The notes: a model not told the origin generated them from the sequence alone. A stretch of 55,246 bases of DNA from Salibacteraceae bacterium (GCA_030727625.1 JANRBI010000257.1:1-55246), one strand, 5' to 3'. Positions 10,467 to 22,666 are shown, counted from the stretch's first letter. Numbers and translations are program-made.

Positions 10467-11459
10467 TTATTCCTTATCCAACATGTATTTTGCCACGTTC
10501 ATGCCAAAATGCAAGCCTTTAATTTGTACTAGATCTTCCAATTCAGTAAGCGACTTTTTGCCAAAGTTTCTAAACTTGAGAAGATCATTTTTCTCATAAG
10601 TAACAAGCTCGCCCAGCGTCTCTACATCAGCAGCTTTCAAGCAATTTAATGCTCTCACTGAAAGATCCATATCAACAAGCTTTGTCTTCAATAACTGACG
10701 CATATGAAGCGTATTCTCATCCAACTCCTCTTCAGCCTTCTTCTCCACTTGGTCAAGCGTTATGCGCTCATCGCTGAACAGCATGAAGTGATGAATAAGA
10801 ATTTTAGCCGCTTCTTTCAAAGCCTCTTTTGGATGTATTGATCCGTCAGTATCTATATCTAAAATTAGTTTTTCATAATCCGTTTTTTGCTCTACACGAT
10901 AGTTCTCAATCGTATATCTCACATTCTTAATCGGAGTATAAATAGAATCTAAAGAGATGGTTCCTATAGGAGCATTTGCAACTCTATTTTCTTCGGAAGG
11001 AACATATCCTCTACCCTTTCCTATGGTTACTTCCATTTCGAGTGTTACCGACTCATCCATGTGACAAATAACATGATCAGGATTAAGAACTTGGAAAGAA
11101 GTGGTGAATTTACCTATGTCACCTGCAGTAAATGTGTTTTGACCACTTACCTTGATTCTTACTTTCTCAGTGTCTTCCTCTTTAATTTGTTGCTTAATAC
11201 GTACTTCCTTAAGGTTTAACACCATCTCAGTAACATCTTCAATCACTCCTTTAATTGTGCTGAATTCGTGATCAACACCTTCAACTTTAATGGATGTGAT
11301 GGCATATCCCTCTAAAGAAGAAAGCAGAATTCTTCTTAGGGCATTACCGATGGTAATACCATAACCTGGCTCCAAAGGACGGAATTCAAATTGACCTTTG
11401 AAATCATCCGCTTGGATCATTATTACTTTATCGGGACGCTGAAAATCAAGTATTGCCAT
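10467..11459 (-). CDS. rpoA: DNA-directed RNA polymerase subunit alpha
   Basis: 330 aa. [11 protein letters not shown] motif and a C-terminal [10 protein letters not shown] helix-hairpin-helix domain. Confidence 0.97.
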   Translation of the reverse strand: MAILDFQRPDKVIMIQADDFKGQFEFRPLEPGYGITIGNALRRILLSSLEGYAITSIKVEGVDHEFSTIKGVIEDVTEMVLNLKEVRIKQQIKEEDTEKVRIKVSGQNTFTAGDIGKFTTSFQVLNPDHVICHMDESVTLEMEVTIGKGRGYVPSEENRVANAPIGTISLDSIYTPIKNVRYTIENYRVEQKTDYEKLILDIDTDGSIHPKEALKEAAKILIHHFMLFSDERITLDQVEKKAEEELDENTLHMRQLLKTKLVDMDLSVRALNCLKAADVETLGELVTYEKNDLLKFRNFGKKSLTELEDLVQIKGLHFGMNVAKYMLDKE

Positions 11460-11482
11460 AAGTAGACAGAATTGAGGTTTAA

Positions 11483-12091
11483 TTATTTAGAGTACAATTC
11501 AACGATCAATTGCTCACGGATAGTTTCCGGAATTTGATCTCTTGTTGGATTGATTATGAATGTTCCTACAAGGCTAGATTTTTCAAATTCTAACCATGGA
11601 TAACTCTTCGTGTTGCTTCCTGCTACCGAATTCAAAATTGCTTCAAGCGACTTTGACTTTTCTCTAACAGCAACTTTATCACCAGCTTTCAATTGATAAG
11701 ATGGAATATTAACCACGTCTCCATTCACTGTAATGTGTCTGTGTCCTACAAATTGACGTGCCGCTCTTCTAGTAGGAGCTATACCCATTCTGTAAACGGT
11801 ATTATCCAGTCTCGATTCGCAAAGCATCAAAAGGTTCTCACCTGTTGTACCTTTTCTTCTCGAAGCTTCTTCAAATAAATTAGAGAATTGACGCTCTAAA
11901 ATACCGTAAGTATATTTTGCCTTTTGCTTTTCCTGAAGCTGGATTGCATATTCAGATTGCTTCATTCTACGCTTGTTTGGACCATGCATTCCTGGAGGAT
12001 AATTCTTCCTTTCTAGTGCTTTGTCTGGTCCAAAGATTGGATCACGAAACTTTCTAGCAATTTTTGACCTAGGTCCTGTGTATCTTGCCAT
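11483..12091 (-). CDS. rpsD: 30S ribosomal protein S4
   Basis: 202 aa. [16 protein letters not shown]-terminus plus its position in the operon. Confidence 0.97.
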   Translation of the reverse strand: MARYTGPRSKIARKFRDPIFGPDKALERKNYPPGMHGPNKRRMKQSEYAIQLQEKQKAKYTYGILERQFSNLFEEASRRKGTTGENLLMLCESRLDNTVYRMGIAPTRRAARQFVGHRHITVNGDVVNIPSYQLKAGDKVAVREKSKSLEAILNSVAGSNTKSYPWLEFEKSSLVGTFIINPTRDQIPETIREQLIVELYSK

Positions 12092-12107
12092 AACTTCTTG
12101 CTAATTA

Positions 12108-12491
12108 TTAAACTCTTCTTCTTTTTGATGGTCTACATCCGTTGTGTGGCAAAGGAGTAACATCAACTATTTCAGTCACCTCGATACCTAAATTAGATAT
12201 CGATCTTATAGCACTTTCACGTCCAGATCCAGGTCCTTTTACAAACACCTTTACTTTTCGTAGTCCCATTTCATGAGCTACTTTACCACAATCGCCCGCA
12301 GCCATTTGTGCAGCATATGGAGTGTTCTTTTTAGAACCTCTAAAGCCCATTTTACCGGCAGACGACCATGAAATAACATCACCATTAACATTAGTCAATG
12401 AAATTATGATATTATTGAACGATGCATTTATATGTGCCTCGCCAATTGCGTCTACTTTTACCTTCTTTTTCTTTGTCTGAGTCTTCGCCAT
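12108..12491 (-). CDS. rpsK: 30S ribosomal protein S11
   Basis: 127 aa. [14 protein letters not shown] and a [10 protein letters not shown] tail. Confidence 0.97.
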   Translation of the reverse strand: MAKTQTKKKKVKVDAIGEAHINASFNNIIISLTNVNGDVISWSSAGKMGFRGSKKNTPYAAQMAAGDCGKVAHEMGLRKVKVFVKGPGSGRESAIRSISNLGIEVTEIVDVTPLPHNGCRPSKRRRV

Positions 12492-12518
12492 AGAAAACGT
12501 ATTCTAGGTTGTTATAGA

Positions 12519-12896
12519 TTATTTAGTAGCCTTCTTCTTGTTAGCAACAGTCTTTCTCTTACCTTTTCTGGTACGGCTGTTATTCTTAGTTCTCTGTCCA
12601 CGAAGTGGTAAGCCAGCTCTGTGACGAACCCCACGTTGACAGCCAATATCCATCAATCGCTTGATGTTCAATTGAACTTCAGATCTTAGAGCACCTTCTA
12701 CTTTAAGGTTTTCATTGATGAATGTTCTAACAGCTGATAGTTCATCATCGTTCCATTCGTTCACTTTTTTGTTGTGATCGATTTCACTTGCTGTCAAAAT
12801 TTCCTGAGCTCTTGAACGGCCTATACCATAGATGTAGGTTAGTCCGATAACTCCTCTTTTGTTTTTTGGTAGATCAATACCTGCTATACGAGCCAT
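12519..12896 (-). CDS. rpsM: 30S ribosomal protein S13
   Basis: 125 aa. [15 protein letters not shown]-terminus. Confidence 0.97.
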   Translation of the reverse strand: MARIAGIDLPKNKRGVIGLTYIYGIGRSRAQEILTASEIDHNKKVNEWNDDELSAVRTFINENLKVEGALRSEVQLNIKRLMDIGCQRGVRHRAGLPLRGQRTKNNSRTRKGKRKTVANKKKATK

Positions 12897-12907
12897 ATCC
12901 TAATCGT

Positions 12908-13024
12908 TTAACCCTGTCTTTGTTTGTGTTTTGGATTCTTTTTGTTGATGACATACACTCGTCCTTTTCTTTTAACGATGATATCATCTTCAGATCTCTT
13001 CTTAACTGACGCTCTGATTTTCAT
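12908..13024 (-). CDS. rpmJ: 50S ribosomal protein L36 (Cys-less, zinc-independent form)
   Basis: Not in the ORF track (38 aa). Own translation: [38 protein letters not shown]. Sits in the canonical infA-rpmJ-rpsM slot. Confidence 0.93.
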   Translation of the reverse strand: MKIRASVKKRSEDDIIVKRKGRVYVINKKNPKHKQRQG

Positions 13025-13034
13025 GATCCTTAGA

Positions 13035-13253
13035 TTATTTGTATCTGTAAGTAATTCTTCCTTTTGACAGATCATAAGGAGACATTTCTACCTTAACCTT
13101 ATCACCTGGTAATATTTTTATGTAGTGCATTCTCATCTTGCCTGATATGTGCGCAGTAATTACGTGCCCATTCTCCAACTCGACTCTGAACATCGCATTC
13201 GATAATGCTTCTGTAATAGCTCCGTCTTGCTCTATTGAGGCTTGTTTCGCCAT
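13035..13253 (-). CDS. infA: Translation initiation factor IF-1
   Basis: 72 aa. S1-like fold signature [22 protein letters not shown]. Confidence 0.97.
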   Translation of the reverse strand: MAKQASIEQDGAITEALSNAMFRVELENGHVITAHISGKMRMHYIKILPGDKVKVEMSPYDLSKGRITYRYK

Positions 13254-13272
13254 ATTATCTATGCTCTTATTA

Positions 13273-14037
13273 TCAATTTAATTCTATATAATCAAAAGAT
13301 GATAGTATCTCCGCTTTCCCTTTTCGAACTACTATCGTATGTTCAAAATGAGCTGAAGGCTTTCTATCAGCTGTCAGAATTGTCCAACCATCTTTTAGCT
13401 GTACAATCTCTTTTTTACCCAGATTAATCATTGGCTCAATAGCAATAACTAATCCTTCTACCAATTTCGGCCCCCTCCCTTGTTTCCCAAAGTTTGGCAC
13501 CTCAGGCGCCTCGTGTAGTTTCCTACCTAATCCATGACCCACTAGCTCTCTTACAACTCCATATCCTCTGCGTTCAGCTTCTTGCTGAACTGCAAAACCT
13601 ATATCACCAACTCGATTACCAGCCACGGCCATCTCTACACCCAGTCGAAGGCACTCTTTAGTTGTATCAAGTAGTTGTTGTACTTCATCAGAAATAGCTC
13701 CTACAGGGAAAGTGTAAGCACTATCACCATAAAAACCATTTTTTAGAACACCGCAGTCTACCGATATTATATCCCCTTCTTTCAAAGGCTCATTTGTAGG
13801 TATTCCATGAACTACCGATTCATTGATCGATATACACAAACTATTTGGGAATCCGTTATAATTTAGAAACCCTGGTACACCTCCATTATCATTGATAAAC
13901 TCGTAAGCAATCTTATCAAGATCTAGAGGTTTGGCCCCCGGCTTAATAGCACGTGATACCTCACCTAAAGTTTTTCCAACAAGTAAAGAACTCTCTCTTA
14001 TTAATTCAATCTCCTCTAAAGTTTTCCCTCTCAACAT
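13273..14037 (-). CDS. map: Type I methionine aminopeptidase
   Basis: 254 aa. Metal ligands in the VHG, DCG, GHGLG and EPM motif contexts. Confidence 0.95.
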   Translation of the reverse strand: MLRGKTLEEIELIRESSLLVGKTLGEVSRAIKPGAKPLDLDKIAYEFINDNGGVPGFLNYNGFPNSLCISINESVVHGIPTNEPLKEGDIISVDCGVLKNGFYGDSAYTFPVGAISDEVQQLLDTTKECLRLGVEMAVAGNRVGDIGFAVQQEAERRGYGVVRELVGHGLGRKLHEAPEVPNFGKQGRGPKLVEGLVIAIEPMINLGKKEIVQLKDGWTILTADRKPSAHFEHTIVVRKGKAEILSSFDYIELN

Positions 14038-14052
14038 AATACTTTGTTCAGC

Positions 14053-15381
14053 TTATCCAGCCATACCAAATGCTGACGAAGATCTTCCTTTTATTTTACC
14101 CGACTTCATTAGACCATCATAATGTCTCATGAGAAGGTGACTTTCAATTTGTTGAAGCGTATCTAAAATTACTCCCACCATGATCAATAAGGATGTACCA
14201 CCAAAAAAGTAGGCAAAACCCGTTGATACACCTGCCATCATTGCGAAGGCTGGTAATATTGCAACTAGACCTAAAAATACCGATCCTGGAAGTGTTATTC
14301 GCGATAAAATATTATCTAGAAAATCTGCCGTTTTCTTTCCTGGTTTTATTCCAGGGATAAATCCACCATTTTTCTTTAAATCATCTGCCATTTGGTTAGG
14401 ATTAACCGTAATAGCTGTGTAGAAGTAAGTGAAAGCAATAATTAATATAAAGAACACAAAATTATACCAGAATCCAGTAATATCAGCAAAAGCTGATGCA
14501 AAACCAGTAGCAGCATCGGAACTTGTGAAGCCTACCAATGTCATTGGTAAGAACATCAAAGCCTGTGCAAAGATAATAGGCATTACTCCAGCTGCATTAA
14601 CTTTTAATGGAATGAATTGTCTCACACCACCGTATTGTTTATTTCCTACTACTTTCTTCGCAAAATTTACAGGTATTCTGCGAGTTCCCTGAACAAGTGC
14701 TACAGTGGCAATTGTTATTAACAATAAAAATACCATCTCTACTAGCAGCATTACTAAACCGCCTGCACCCATTCTGGCCGACCATTCAAATGCAAATGCA
14801 CTAGGAAGCTGAGCTATGATTCCGATCATGATGATCATTGATATACCGTTACCGATTCCTTTATCGGTAATTTTCTCACCAATCCACATTACGAAAATAG
14901 TTCCAGTTACTAAAAGTAGCATAGCAGTCGCCATCCACAGGCTAGAATCAGAAACGATTGCCTCTGAAGGAACCTGGGAATACAGATAACTCGGTGCTTG
15001 AACTAACGTTATTGCAATTGTTAGAAATCTAGTGTACTGATTGATCCTTTTCCTACCACTTTCACCTTCGCGCTGCATTTTTTGAATTGCAGGAACTGCA
15101 ATACCCAAAAGTTGCATCACGATTGAAGCTGAAATGTAAGGCATGATACCCAAAGCAAAGATTGAAGCTCGACTAAAAGCACCACCAGCAAAAATATTCA
15201 ACAAAGCAGCAATACCTTGAGCATTGCCAGCTGATTGACCTAAGATACTAGGGTCTATTCCTGGCAAAACCACGAAAGAACCTAACCTATAAATCAAAAG
15301 GAACCCGAGCGTATTGAGAATTCTAACTCTCAAATCCTCAATTTTCCAGATATTCTGAATGGTGTCTAAAAATCTTTTCAT
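14053..15381 (-). CDS. secY: Preprotein translocase subunit SecY
   Basis: 442 aa, 10-TM pattern. GIMPYISASI and GGFIPGI.PG motifs. Confidence 0.97.
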   Translation of the reverse strand: MKRFLDTIQNIWKIEDLRVRILNTLGFLLIYRLGSFVVLPGIDPSILGQSAGNAQGIAALLNIFAGGAFSRASIFALGIMPYISASIVMQLLGIAVPAIQKMQREGESGRKRINQYTRFLTIAITLVQAPSYLYSQVPSEAIVSDSSLWMATAMLLLVTGTIFVMWIGEKITDKGIGNGISMIIMIGIIAQLPSAFAFEWSARMGAGGLVMLLVEMVFLLLITIATVALVQGTRRIPVNFAKKVVGNKQYGGVRQFIPLKVNAAGVMPIIFAQALMFLPMTLVGFTSSDAATGFASAFADITGFWYNFVFFILIIAFTYFYTAITVNPNQMADDLKKNGGFIPGIKPGKKTADFLDNILSRITLPGSVFLGLVAILPAFAMMAGVSTGFAYFFGGTSLLIMVGVILDTLQQIESHLLMRHYDGLMKSGKIKGRSSSAFGMAG

Positions 15382-15383
15382 TC

Positions 15384-15836
15384 TTATCCTATAACCTTGG
15401 TTGAACCACCTTTTGCTTCAATATTCTCTTTTGCAGTTTTTGAAAAAGCGTGTGCTTCAACAGTCAACTTACTAGATACTTCACCTCTACCTAAAATTTT
15501 GATCAAATCAGATTTACCAATAATTGACTTTTCTCTTAAGAAAGCTGGAGTGATTTCAGTTACCTTATTTTCTTCTGCCAAACGCTGTATCGTATCTAGG
15601 TTAACACCATGATATTCAACTCTATTTGGGTTTTTGAAACCAAATTTAGGAACACGTCTTTGAAGAGGCATTTGCCCACCTTCAAAACCGATTTTCTTTG
15701 AGTATCCGCTTCTTGACTTGGCTCCCTTGTGACCTCTTGATGCAGTGCCTCCACTACCAGAACCTTCACCTCTACCAAGTCTTTTATTCTTCGATTTAAC
15801 CGAGCCTTTGGCTGGTTCTAAGTTGCTTAAATCCAT
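15384..15836 (-). CDS. rplO: 50S ribosomal protein L15
   Basis: 150 aa. GRGEGSG.GGT..RGHKG motif. Confidence 0.96.
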   Translation of the reverse strand: MDLSNLEPAKGSVKSKNKRLGRGEGSGSGGTASRGHKGAKSRSGYSKKIGFEGGQMPLQRRVPKFGFKNPNRVEYHGVNLDTIQRLAEENKVTEITPAFLREKSIIGKSDLIKILGRGEVSSKLTVEAHAFSKTAKENIEAKGGSTKVIG

Positions 15837-15845
15837 AATTAGGAA

Positions 15846-16028
15846 TTATTTTACTTCCTCAACTTTCAACAAATGGTTAACTTTTCTCACCATACCCATG
15901 ATTTGAGGAGTAGCTTCCTTCTCAATTGTATGATTCATTTTCTTCAGACCCAATGCCTGCATCGTAGCTTTCTGATCAGCCGGACGCTTAATGATAGATC
16001 TTACTTGTGTTAGCTTTATTTTTGCCAT
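15846..16028 (-). CDS. rpmD: 50S ribosomal protein L30
   Basis: 60 aa. KLTQVRS.I.R...QK.T..ALGL pattern plus operon position. Confidence 0.93.
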   Translation of the reverse strand: MAKIKLTQVRSIIKRPADQKATMQALGLKKMNHTIEKEATPQIMGMVRKVNHLLKVEEVK

Positions 16029-16034
16029 GTCTTA

Positions 16035-16553
16035 TTATCCGTTAAACACAGTATCTAATGAAACTCCTCTTTGACGTGCTATTGTTTGAGCATCTCTTAG
16101 TTGCACCAAGGCCTGCATAGTAGCTTTTACCACGTTGGCTGGATTCGATGATCCTTTAGACTTTGCCAATACATCCGTGATACCAACACTTTCCAAAACA
16201 CTACGCATAGCACCACCTGCAATTACACCAGTACCATGCGAAGCTGGCTTGAGGAAAACCAAAGCACCACCAAAACGACCCTCTTGTTCGTGTGGAACAG
16301 TACCTCCCTTTAGAGGAACTTTGATGAGGTTTTTCTTCGCGTCATCGATAGCTTTTTCGATTGCCGCAGTAGCTTCTTTCGCTTTTCCAAGCCCTTGACC
16401 TACTACGCCATTTTCGTTACCAACAACAACTACAGCTGAAAAGCCAAATGCTCTACCACCTTTAGTTACTTTGGTCACACGCCTAACTTCAACTAGACGG
16501 TCTTTAAGCTCAATCTCGCTTGACTTTACTCTTTTAATATTATCGCTTGCCAT
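16035..16553 (-). CDS. rpsE: 30S ribosomal protein S5
   Basis: 172 aa. [19 protein letters not shown] motif. Confidence 0.97.
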   Translation of the reverse strand: MASDNIKRVKSSEIELKDRLVEVRRVTKVTKGGRAFGFSAVVVVGNENGVVGQGLGKAKEATAAIEKAIDDAKKNLIKVPLKGGTVPHEQEGRFGGALVFLKPASHGTGVIAGGAMRSVLESVGITDVLAKSKGSSNPANVVKATMQALVQLRDAQTIARQRGVSLDTVFNG

Positions 16554-16564
16554 TTCTAGTTTTA

Positions 16565-16918
16565 TTAGAATTTAAGACCATTTTCTCTTGCAGCATCAGC
16601 TAATGCCTTCACTCTGCCATGGTATTGGTAACCATTTCTATCAAAAACAACACTCTCAACACCAGCAGCAATTGCAGCAAGTGCGATTTTCTTTCCTACA
16701 TAAGACGCTTGATCTACCTTAGGAATACCATGTGCTTCAGTTTCCTTAAGTGAACTTGCAGAGGCCAAAGTCTTACCAGTTGAATCATCAATTAATTGAG
16801 CATAAATCTCTTTATTGCTTCTAAAAACTGATAGTCTAGGAACTGATGTAGTTCCTTTAATTGTCTTACGAATACGTCTTTTAATACGAATTCTCTTTTC
16901 AGATTTGCTAAGTGCCAT
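16565..16918 (-). CDS. rplR: 50S ribosomal protein L18
   Basis: 117 aa. [18 protein letters not shown] and a [15 protein letters not shown] tail. Confidence 0.96.
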   Translation of the reverse strand: MALSKSEKRIRIKRRIRKTIKGTTSVPRLSVFRSNKEIYAQLIDDSTGKTLASASSLKETEAHGIPKVDQASYVGKKIALAAIAAGVESVVFDRNGYQYHGRVKALADAARENGLKF

Positions 16919-16925
16919 CTTCTAA

Positions 16926-17480
16926 TTATTTTTTAGAGGCTGATTTACCAGCTTTTCTTCTAATTTGTTCTCCTACGAAACGAATCCCTTTTCCTTTATA
17001 AGGCTCAGGCTTTCTCAATGATCTCAATTTAGCGGCAACTTGACCGATTAATTGCTTGTCATGTGATTCGAAAGTTACGATAGGATTTTTACCTCTTTCT
17101 TGCTCAGCTGTAACAGAAACCTCAACTGGAATTTCAAAAACCACGTTGTGAGAATATCCCAGAGACAACTCAAGGCTACGACCTACTACTGCAGCACGAT
17201 AACCCACACCAACTAGCTCTTGTCTTGTTTTGAAACCTTCAGAAACACCAATGATCATGTTGTTTACTAATGAACGCATTAGTCCGTGCTTCGCTCTGTG
17301 ATCTTTATGATCTGATTCTCGATCAAAAGAAATTACATTTCCATCGATCGACATTGTTACACAAGTATCAATTTCTTGAGTAAGTTGACCTTTAGCACCC
17401 TTAACGTGAACCGTAGTTCCATCAAGCTTTACTTCAACCCCTGAAGGTATAGTTATGATTGCTTTACCAATTCTTGACAT
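16926..17480 (-). CDS. rplF: 50S ribosomal protein L6
   Basis: 184 aa. MSRIGK..I.IP.GV N-terminus and a PEPYKGKGIR tail. Confidence 0.96.
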   Translation of the reverse strand: MSRIGKAIITIPSGVEVKLDGTTVHVKGAKGQLTQEIDTCVTMSIDGNVISFDRESDHKDHRAKHGLMRSLVNNMIIGVSEGFKTRQELVGVGYRAAVVGRSLELSLGYSHNVVFEIPVEVSVTAEQERGKNPIVTFESHDKQLIGQVAAKLRSLRKPEPYKGKGIRFVGEQIRRKAGKSASKK

Positions 17481-17492
17481 ACTCTCAATCTA

Positions 17493-17897
17493 TTAATACA
17501 CGTAACACAATACTTCACCGCCAACATTTTGCTGACGTGCTTCCTTATCAGTCATTACACCAGACGATGTAGATAAGATCGCAATTCCAAGACCGTTCAA
17601 TACACGAGGAATACTATCTGACCCTCTGTATTTACGAAGCCCTGGCTTACTTATTCTTTTAAGGTCTTTAATCGCTGAAGACTTAGTCACACTATCGTAC
17701 TTCAATGCGATTTTAATGTTCCCTTGCGGGCCATTCTCGTCCTCAAACTTGTAGTTGAGAATATATCCTTTTTCGAAAAGGATTTTTGTGATTTCCTTCT
17801 TCAAGTTTGAAGCTGGAATATCCACTACCCTGTGATTCGCTCTTATAGCGTTTCGCAATCTTGTAAGGTAGTCTGCAATAGGATCAGTAACTGCCAT
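17493..17897 (-). CDS. rpsH: 30S ribosomal protein S8
   Basis: 134 aa. [14 protein letters not shown]-terminus and a GGEVLCYVY end. Confidence 0.97.
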   Translation of the reverse strand: MAVTDPIADYLTRLRNAIRANHRVVDIPASNLKKEITKILFEKGYILNYKFEDENGPQGNIKIALKYDSVTKSSAIKDLKRISKPGLRKYRGSDSIPRVLNGLGIAILSTSSGVMTDKEARQQNVGGEVLCYVY

Positions 17898-17918
17898 AAT
17901 TTCTTTTAAATTTCTGTT

Positions 17919-18188
17919 TTACCAGCTAGCTTTTGATACTCCAGGAATCAACCCTTTGTTCGCCATTTCTCTAAACAAAACTCTAGAGATACCAAACTGA
18001 CGCATATAACCTCTTGGTCTGCCAGTAAGCTTACATCTATTGTGAAGTCTAACTTTTGAAGAGTTCTTGGGAAGTTTTTGCAGTTCATCCCATCGACCTT
18101 CTGCTTTTAATTGGGCACGTTTATCGGCATATCGCGCAACTAGCTTTTCACGCTTACGTTCCCTAGCCTTCATTGATTCCTTAGCCAT
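17919..18188 (-). CDS. rpsN: 30S ribosomal protein S14 (long, non-zinc form)
   Basis: 89 aa. RC..TGRPRGY.R.FG.SR..FRE and a KASW end. No CxxC pairs. Confidence 0.96.
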   Translation of the reverse strand: MAKESMKARERKREKLVARYADKRAQLKAEGRWDELQKLPKNSSKVRLHNRCKLTGRPRGYMRQFGISRVLFREMANKGLIPGVSKASW

Positions 18189-18191
18189 ATC

Positions 18192-18740
18192 TTATTTCTT
18201 AAACGGAAAACCGAATGCTTTTAATAATTCAAATGCTTCTTCATCTGTGTCTGCAGAAGTAACGAACGTAATGTCCATACCTTGTATTCTGCTCACCTTG
18301 TCGATGTCTATTTCAGGGAAAATGATTTGTTCTTTAATCCCTAGGTTATAATTACCTCTCTTGTCGAATCCTTTTGGATTGATACCTCTAAAATCCCTCG
18401 TTCTTGGAAGTGCAACAGCCACTAAACGATCAAGAAATTCATACATGATATCACCTCTCAAGGTTACTTTAGCTCCAATAGGCATTCCTTTTCTTAACTT
18501 GAAATTAGAAACGTCTTTCTTGGCTATAGTAGCAATCGGTTTTTGACCTGTAATCATCGCAAGCTCTTGCAAAGAGTTTTCGATGATCTTCTTATCAGCA
18601 GTAGCATCACCCAAACCTTGGCTTATCACAATTTTCTTCAATCGTGGAACCTGCATCACTGAAGTGTACTGGAATTTTTCCTTTAAAGCTGGAACGATTT
18701 CTTCCGAATACTGATTCTTAAATCTTGGTGAATAGCTCAT
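18192..18740 (-). CDS. rplE: 50S ribosomal protein L5
   Basis: 182 aa. Conserved L5 core ([18 protein letters not shown]). ATGA overlap with rplX. Confidence 0.96.
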   Translation of the reverse strand: MSYSPRFKNQYSEEIVPALKEKFQYTSVMQVPRLKKIVISQGLGDATADKKIIENSLQELAMITGQKPIATIAKKDVSNFKLRKGMPIGAKVTLRGDIMYEFLDRLVAVALPRTRDFRGINPKGFDKRGNYNLGIKEQIIFPEIDIDKVSRIQGMDITFVTSADTDEEAFELLKAFGFPFKK

Positions 18741-19072
18741 TTGATAACCTCCCCTGATCTTTTTGATATTCTAACTTTTTTACCAGCCTCATCAACCTTG
18801 CGGCCAATTTTAGTTGCTTTTCCATCCTTAGGATCTGCGTGCAAAAGGTTCGAAATATGTATAGTTCCTTCCTTCTTTACGATACCACCATCAGGATTAC
18901 TAGCACTTGGCTTAGCGTGTACAGAGATGATATTCAAACCTTCTACTGTAGCTCTTAATGTATCGCGGTTAATATCAAGTATTCTACCTGATTTCCCTTT
19001 TTCATTACCGGAAATCACGACTACCTGATCACCTTTTTTTATGTGCAATTTTTTTTGCATATCTAATCTCAT
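18737..19072 (-). CDS. rplX: 50S ribosomal protein L24
   Basis: KOW motif [20 protein letters not shown] 19072 sits directly after the rplN stop. A second ATG at 19060 ([11 protein letters not shown]) is an equally plausible start. Confidence 0.94.
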   Translation of the reverse strand: MRLDMQKKLHIKKGDQVVVISGNEKGKSGRILDINRDTLRATVEGLNIISVHAKPSASNPDGGIVKKEGTIHISNLLHADPKDGKATKIGRKVDEAGKKVRISKRSGEVIK

Positions 19073-19441
19073 TTAAAGCACCTCTGGGGCCAATGAAACA
19101 ATCTTCATAAACTGCTTCTCACGAAGCTCACGAGCTACAGGACCGAATATACGGGTTCCTCTCATCTCGCCATTATTGTTAAGTAGCACTACAGCATTTT
19201 CATCGAAACGGATGTACGAACCATCATTTCTTCTTACTTCTTTTTTTGTACGCACTACTACTGCGCGGCTTACTTGGCCTTTTTTTACGTTACCAGAAGG
19301 CATTGCTGACTTAACGGAAACTACTACAGTATCACCGATACTTGCATAGCGTCTTTTAGTTCCTCCTAGTACACGGATACATAGAACTTCTTTAGCTCCA
19401 CTGTTGTCCGCCACCTTCATTCGTGATTCTTGCTGTAACAT
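19073..19441 (-). CDS. rplN: 50S ribosomal protein L14
   Basis: 122 aa. [16 protein letters not shown]-terminus. Confidence 0.97.
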   Translation of the reverse strand: MLQQESRMKVADNSGAKEVLCIRVLGGTKRRYASIGDTVVVSVKSAMPSGNVKKGQVSRAVVVRTKKEVRRNDGSYIRFDENAVVLLNNNGEMRGTRIFGPVARELREKQFMKIVSLAPEVL

Positions 19442-19450
19442 CTTAAAATA

Positions 19451-19708
19451 TTATTTAGCTTTTTCAACGATTTCAACCAATCGCCAGCATTTACGCTTAC
19501 TCATTGGACGGGTTTCCATTATTTTAACAGTATCGCCAATTCCACACTCATTCTTTTCATCATGAGCTACAAACTTTTTAGATACGTTAACGAACTTCCC
19601 ATACATTGGGTGCTTCATTTTACGAGACACTGTAACAGTAATAGATTTCTCCATCTTATCACTTGTAACAACGCCTACACGCTCTTTTCTTAGATTTCTT
19701 TCTGACAT
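19451..19708 (-). CDS. rpsQ: 30S ribosomal protein S17
   Basis: 85 aa. GVV.SDKM.KSI.V pattern and a RP.SK.K.WRLVEI tail. Confidence 0.96.
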   Translation of the reverse strand: MSERNLRKERVGVVTSDKMEKSITVTVSRKMKHPMYGKFVNVSKKFVAHDEKNECGIGDTVKIMETRPMSKRKCWRLVEIVEKAK

Positions 19709-19713
19709 GATCT

Positions 19714-19914
19714 TTATAGTTGAGCTTCCTTAGACCTTTTGGTTAATTCTGTCATGAGTCTTGCTACCACCTTCTTCTTATCTCTAAGAATTATTGGATT
19801 CTCCAGAGGAGAAATAGCATGCTGCATTCTAAGACTCGCAACTGAGGCCTTAACCTCAGCCAACTGATCTGCTACTTCTTCAGTTGTCATTTCACGAATT
19901 ACTGACGGCTTCAT
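19714..19914 (-). CDS. rpmC: 50S ribosomal protein L29
   Basis: 66 aa, helical hairpin protein located between rplP and rpsQ. Confidence 0.92.
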   Translation of the reverse strand: MKPSVIREMTTEEVADQLAEVKASVASLRMQHAISPLENPIILRDKKKVVARLMTELTKRSKEAQL

Positions 19915-19924
19915 GATATTCTAT

Positions 19925-20344
19925 TTATTCTGTATAATCTCTTCTGGTAACAAACTTGGTAATTAGTGGCAATTTCTGAGCGGCTAATCTCAACGCCTCC
20001 TTACCCACTTCTAGAGAAACGCCTTCAATTTCAAAAAGCATTCTTCCTGGTTCAATTTTAGAGGCCCAATGATCTAGGGCTCCTTTACCTTTACCCATAC
20101 GAACTTCCGCAGGCTTCTTGGTAATCGGTGTATCTGGGAAGATTCTTATCCATACCTGACCTTCACGCTTCATATGGCGTGTTACTGCTATACGAGCAGC
20201 TTCAATCTGGCGAGAGGTTAATCTACCTGTTTCTATTGATTTAATACCGAATGTTCCGAAGGCTAATTGATTACCTCGACCAGCATTGCCTTTAATACGG
20301 CCCTTTTGCTGTTTACGATATTTGGTTTTTCTTGGTGATAACAT
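19925..20344 (-). CDS. rplP: 50S ribosomal protein L16
   Basis: 139 aa. [16 protein letters not shown]-terminus. Confidence 0.97.
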   Translation of the reverse strand: MLSPRKTKYRKQQKGRIKGNAGRGNQLAFGTFGIKSIETGRLTSRQIEAARIAVTRHMKREGQVWIRIFPDTPITKKPAEVRMGKGKGALDHWASKIEPGRMLFEIEGVSLEVGKEALRLAAQKLPLITKFVTRRDYTE

Positions 20345-20357
20345 CGTCTATACTCTT

Positions 20358-21098
20358 TTAGGCATTTGATTTTCTTCTTCCGCTACCGCTACCGCCTCCG
20401 CTTCTTGCAGGCGCTCCAGAAGGTTTTCCTTTGTTAGGTGTACCCGAACCAACAGTAGTAGTTAAATCTCTTCTACCGTAAACTTCACCTTTACAAATCC
20501 ACACTTTTATACCAATTCTACCATAGGTAGTGTGTGCCTCTGCCAAAGCGTAATCGATATCAGCACGGAAAGTATGTAATGGCACACGTCCGTCTTTATA
20601 TTGTTCAGTTCTTGCCATTTCAGCGCCATTCAAACGACCACTGATCATAACTTTAATACCTTCTGCACCCATTCTCATGGTTGAAGCGATAGCCATTTTT
20701 GTGGCTCTCCTGAAAGAGATTCTACCCTCGATTTGACGAGCGATTGAATCAGCTACCAATTTGGCATCTAATTCTGGTCTTTTAATCTCGTAAATATTGA
20801 TTTGAACTTCTTTCTTAGTCAGCTTCTTCAGCTCTTCTTTAAGCTTATCAACTTCCTGACCTCCTTTACCGATAATGATACCTGGACGCGCTGTGTTGAT
20901 AGTAACAGTTACAAGCTTTAATGTGCGCTCAATAACCACGTGTGACACACTAGCATTTTTCAATCTAGCATATACATACTCACGGATTTTGAAGTCTTCA
21001 ACAAGTTTCTCTTCGAAATGCTTGCCACCGTACCACTGTGAGTCCCATCCTCGGATAAAGCCAAGTCTGTTGCCTATTGGATTAGTTTTCTGTCCCAT
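20358..21098 (-). CDS. rpsC: 30S ribosomal protein S3 (Gly/Ser-rich C-terminal tail)
   Basis: 246 aa. [13 protein letters not shown]-terminus and a KH domain GKGG.EV..LK. Confidence 0.97.
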   Translation of the reverse strand: MGQKTNPIGNRLGFIRGWDSQWYGGKHFEEKLVEDFKIREYVYARLKNASVSHVVIERTLKLVTVTINTARPGIIIGKGGQEVDKLKEELKKLTKKEVQINIYEIKRPELDAKLVADSIARQIEGRISFRRATKMAIASTMRMGAEGIKVMISGRLNGAEMARTEQYKDGRVPLHTFRADIDYALAEAHTTYGRIGIKVWICKGEVYGRRDLTTTVGSGTPNKGKPSGAPARSGGGSGSGRRKSNA

Positions 21099-21547
21099 TA
21101 AGCTTTTGTTTCAGTTGATTCAACATTATTTTCAGAAATACGAGACTTAATTTCAGTGTTAACTGTATCTAAAGTCAATGATATGTGATTAGAACGCTTT
21201 CTAACTCGGTACGCTCTACCCTGTGGTGCAGGCTGAATTCTTTTCATCATTCTACCACCATCAACACTTACCTCTTTAATAATTAAATTAGCTTCTTCCC
21301 ACTTCTCACCAGATTTCTGTTCGAAGTTCGAAATTGCAGAGCGAAGTAATTTTTCCAAATCACGAGCTGCATGCTTCTTTGTAAATTGGAGAACAGCTGA
21401 AGCTTTCGCAACGTCCATACCTCTCACTAAATCAGCAACTAATCTCATTTTTCTTGGCGATGAAGGGCAATTATTCAAACTCGCTATAAATTGAGTTTTA
21501 CGTGCCTCTTTTCTCGCAACAGCCATATTTTTCTTTCGACTACCCAT
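21098..21547 (-). CDS. rplV: 50S ribosomal protein L22 (with N- and C-terminal extensions)
   Basis: 149 aa. [14 protein letters not shown] core. 1-nt overlap with the rpsC start. Confidence 0.95.
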   Translation of the reverse strand: MGSRKKNMAVARKEARKTQFIASLNNCPSSPRKMRLVADLVRGMDVAKASAVLQFTKKHAARDLEKLLRSAISNFEQKSGEKWEEANLIIKEVSVDGGRMMKRIQPAPQGRAYRVRKRSNHISLTLDTVNTEIKSRISENNVESTETKA

Positions 21548-21558
21548 GACTTATCAAA

Positions 21559-21834
21559 TTACCTTTTGCCTTTTTTATTGCCACCGTGTCCGCGGAAGTT
21601 TCTAGTTGGTGCAAATTCTCCTAATTTGTGTCCAACCATATTCTCCGTTACGTATACAGGGATGAATTTATTTCCGTTGTGCACAGCGATTGTTAACCCC
21701 ACAAAGTCAGGAGAAATCATAGATGCTCTGCTCCAAGTCTTGATTACGCTCTTTTTAGCTGACGCTTGAGTATCTTCTACACGCTTCGCTAGCTTGTAGT
21801 GGATAAACGGTGGCTTTTTAAGTGATCTACTCAT
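21559..21834 (-). CDS. rpsS: 30S ribosomal protein S19
   Basis: 91 aa. [11 protein letters not shown]-terminus and [14 protein letters not shown]. Confidence 0.97.
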   Translation of the reverse strand: MSRSLKKPPFIHYKLAKRVEDTQASAKKSVIKTWSRASMISPDFVGLTIAVHNGNKFIPVYVTENMVGHKLGEFAPTRNFRGHGGNKKGKR

Positions 21835-21841
21835 GCCTTAA

Positions 21842-22666
21842 TTATTTCTTTCTTTTCTCAACGATAAACTTGCTAGATGGCTTCTTCTTACCGCGGGTTT
21901 TGTAGCCTTTAGCTGGAAGTCCTTTTCTTGATCTTGGGTGTCCACCTGATGAACGACCCTCACCACCACCCATTGGGTGATCTACTGGGTTCATGGCAAC
22001 AGCTCTTGTTCTTGGTCTACGACCTAACCATCTACTGCGTCCTGCTTTACCACTTCTTTCGAGTGAGTGATCAGAGTTTGATACAGTACCTACCGTTGCA
22101 ACACATGTAAGCAGTACCATTCTTACTTCACCACTAGGAAGCTTCACTACACCATACTTACCTTCTTTTGCTGCAAGCTGCGCATAAGTACCTGCACTAC
22201 GAGCCATCTTTCCTCCTTGACGTGGATTTAACTCGATATTGTGTATAATGGTGCCTAAGGGCATATCTTTTAAGAAAAGTGCATTGCCAATCTCTGGAGC
22301 AGCGCCTTCCCCGTTCGATATTTTTTGACCAACAGTAATACCATTTGGTGCTATTATATATCTCTTCTCACCGTCAGCATATTCAACTAAGGCGATACGC
22401 GCATTTCTGTTTGGATCATACTCCACAGTTTTAACTTCGGCATCAATACCGAACTTATCTCTCTTGAAGTCGATGATTCTATATCTTCTTTTATGACCAC
22501 CGCCTCTGTAGCGCACGGTCATCTTACCAGTATTGTTTCTACCACCAGATTTCTTAATCGGTGCAAGCAGCGATTTTTCAGGTTTATCTGTAGTGATATT
22601 ATCAAAAGAGCTAATTACTTTACCTCTTTGTCCTGGTGTATTTGGTTTTAACTTTCTAACAGCCAT
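21842..22666 (-). CDS. rplB: 50S ribosomal protein L2
   Basis: 274 aa. GGGHKR.YR..DF and [14 protein letters not shown] motifs. Confidence 0.98.
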   Translation of the reverse strand: MAVRKLKPNTPGQRGKVISSFDNITTDKPEKSLLAPIKKSGGRNNTGKMTVRYRGGGHKRRYRIIDFKRDKFGIDAEVKTVEYDPNRNARIALVEYADGEKRYIIAPNGITVGQKISNGEGAAPEIGNALFLKDMPLGTIIHNIELNPRQGGKMARSAGTYAQLAAKEGKYGVVKLPSGEVRMVLLTCVATVGTVSNSDHSLERSGKAGRSRWLGRRPRTRAVAMNPVDHPMGGGEGRSSGGHPRSRKGLPAKGYKTRGKKKPSSKFIVEKRKK

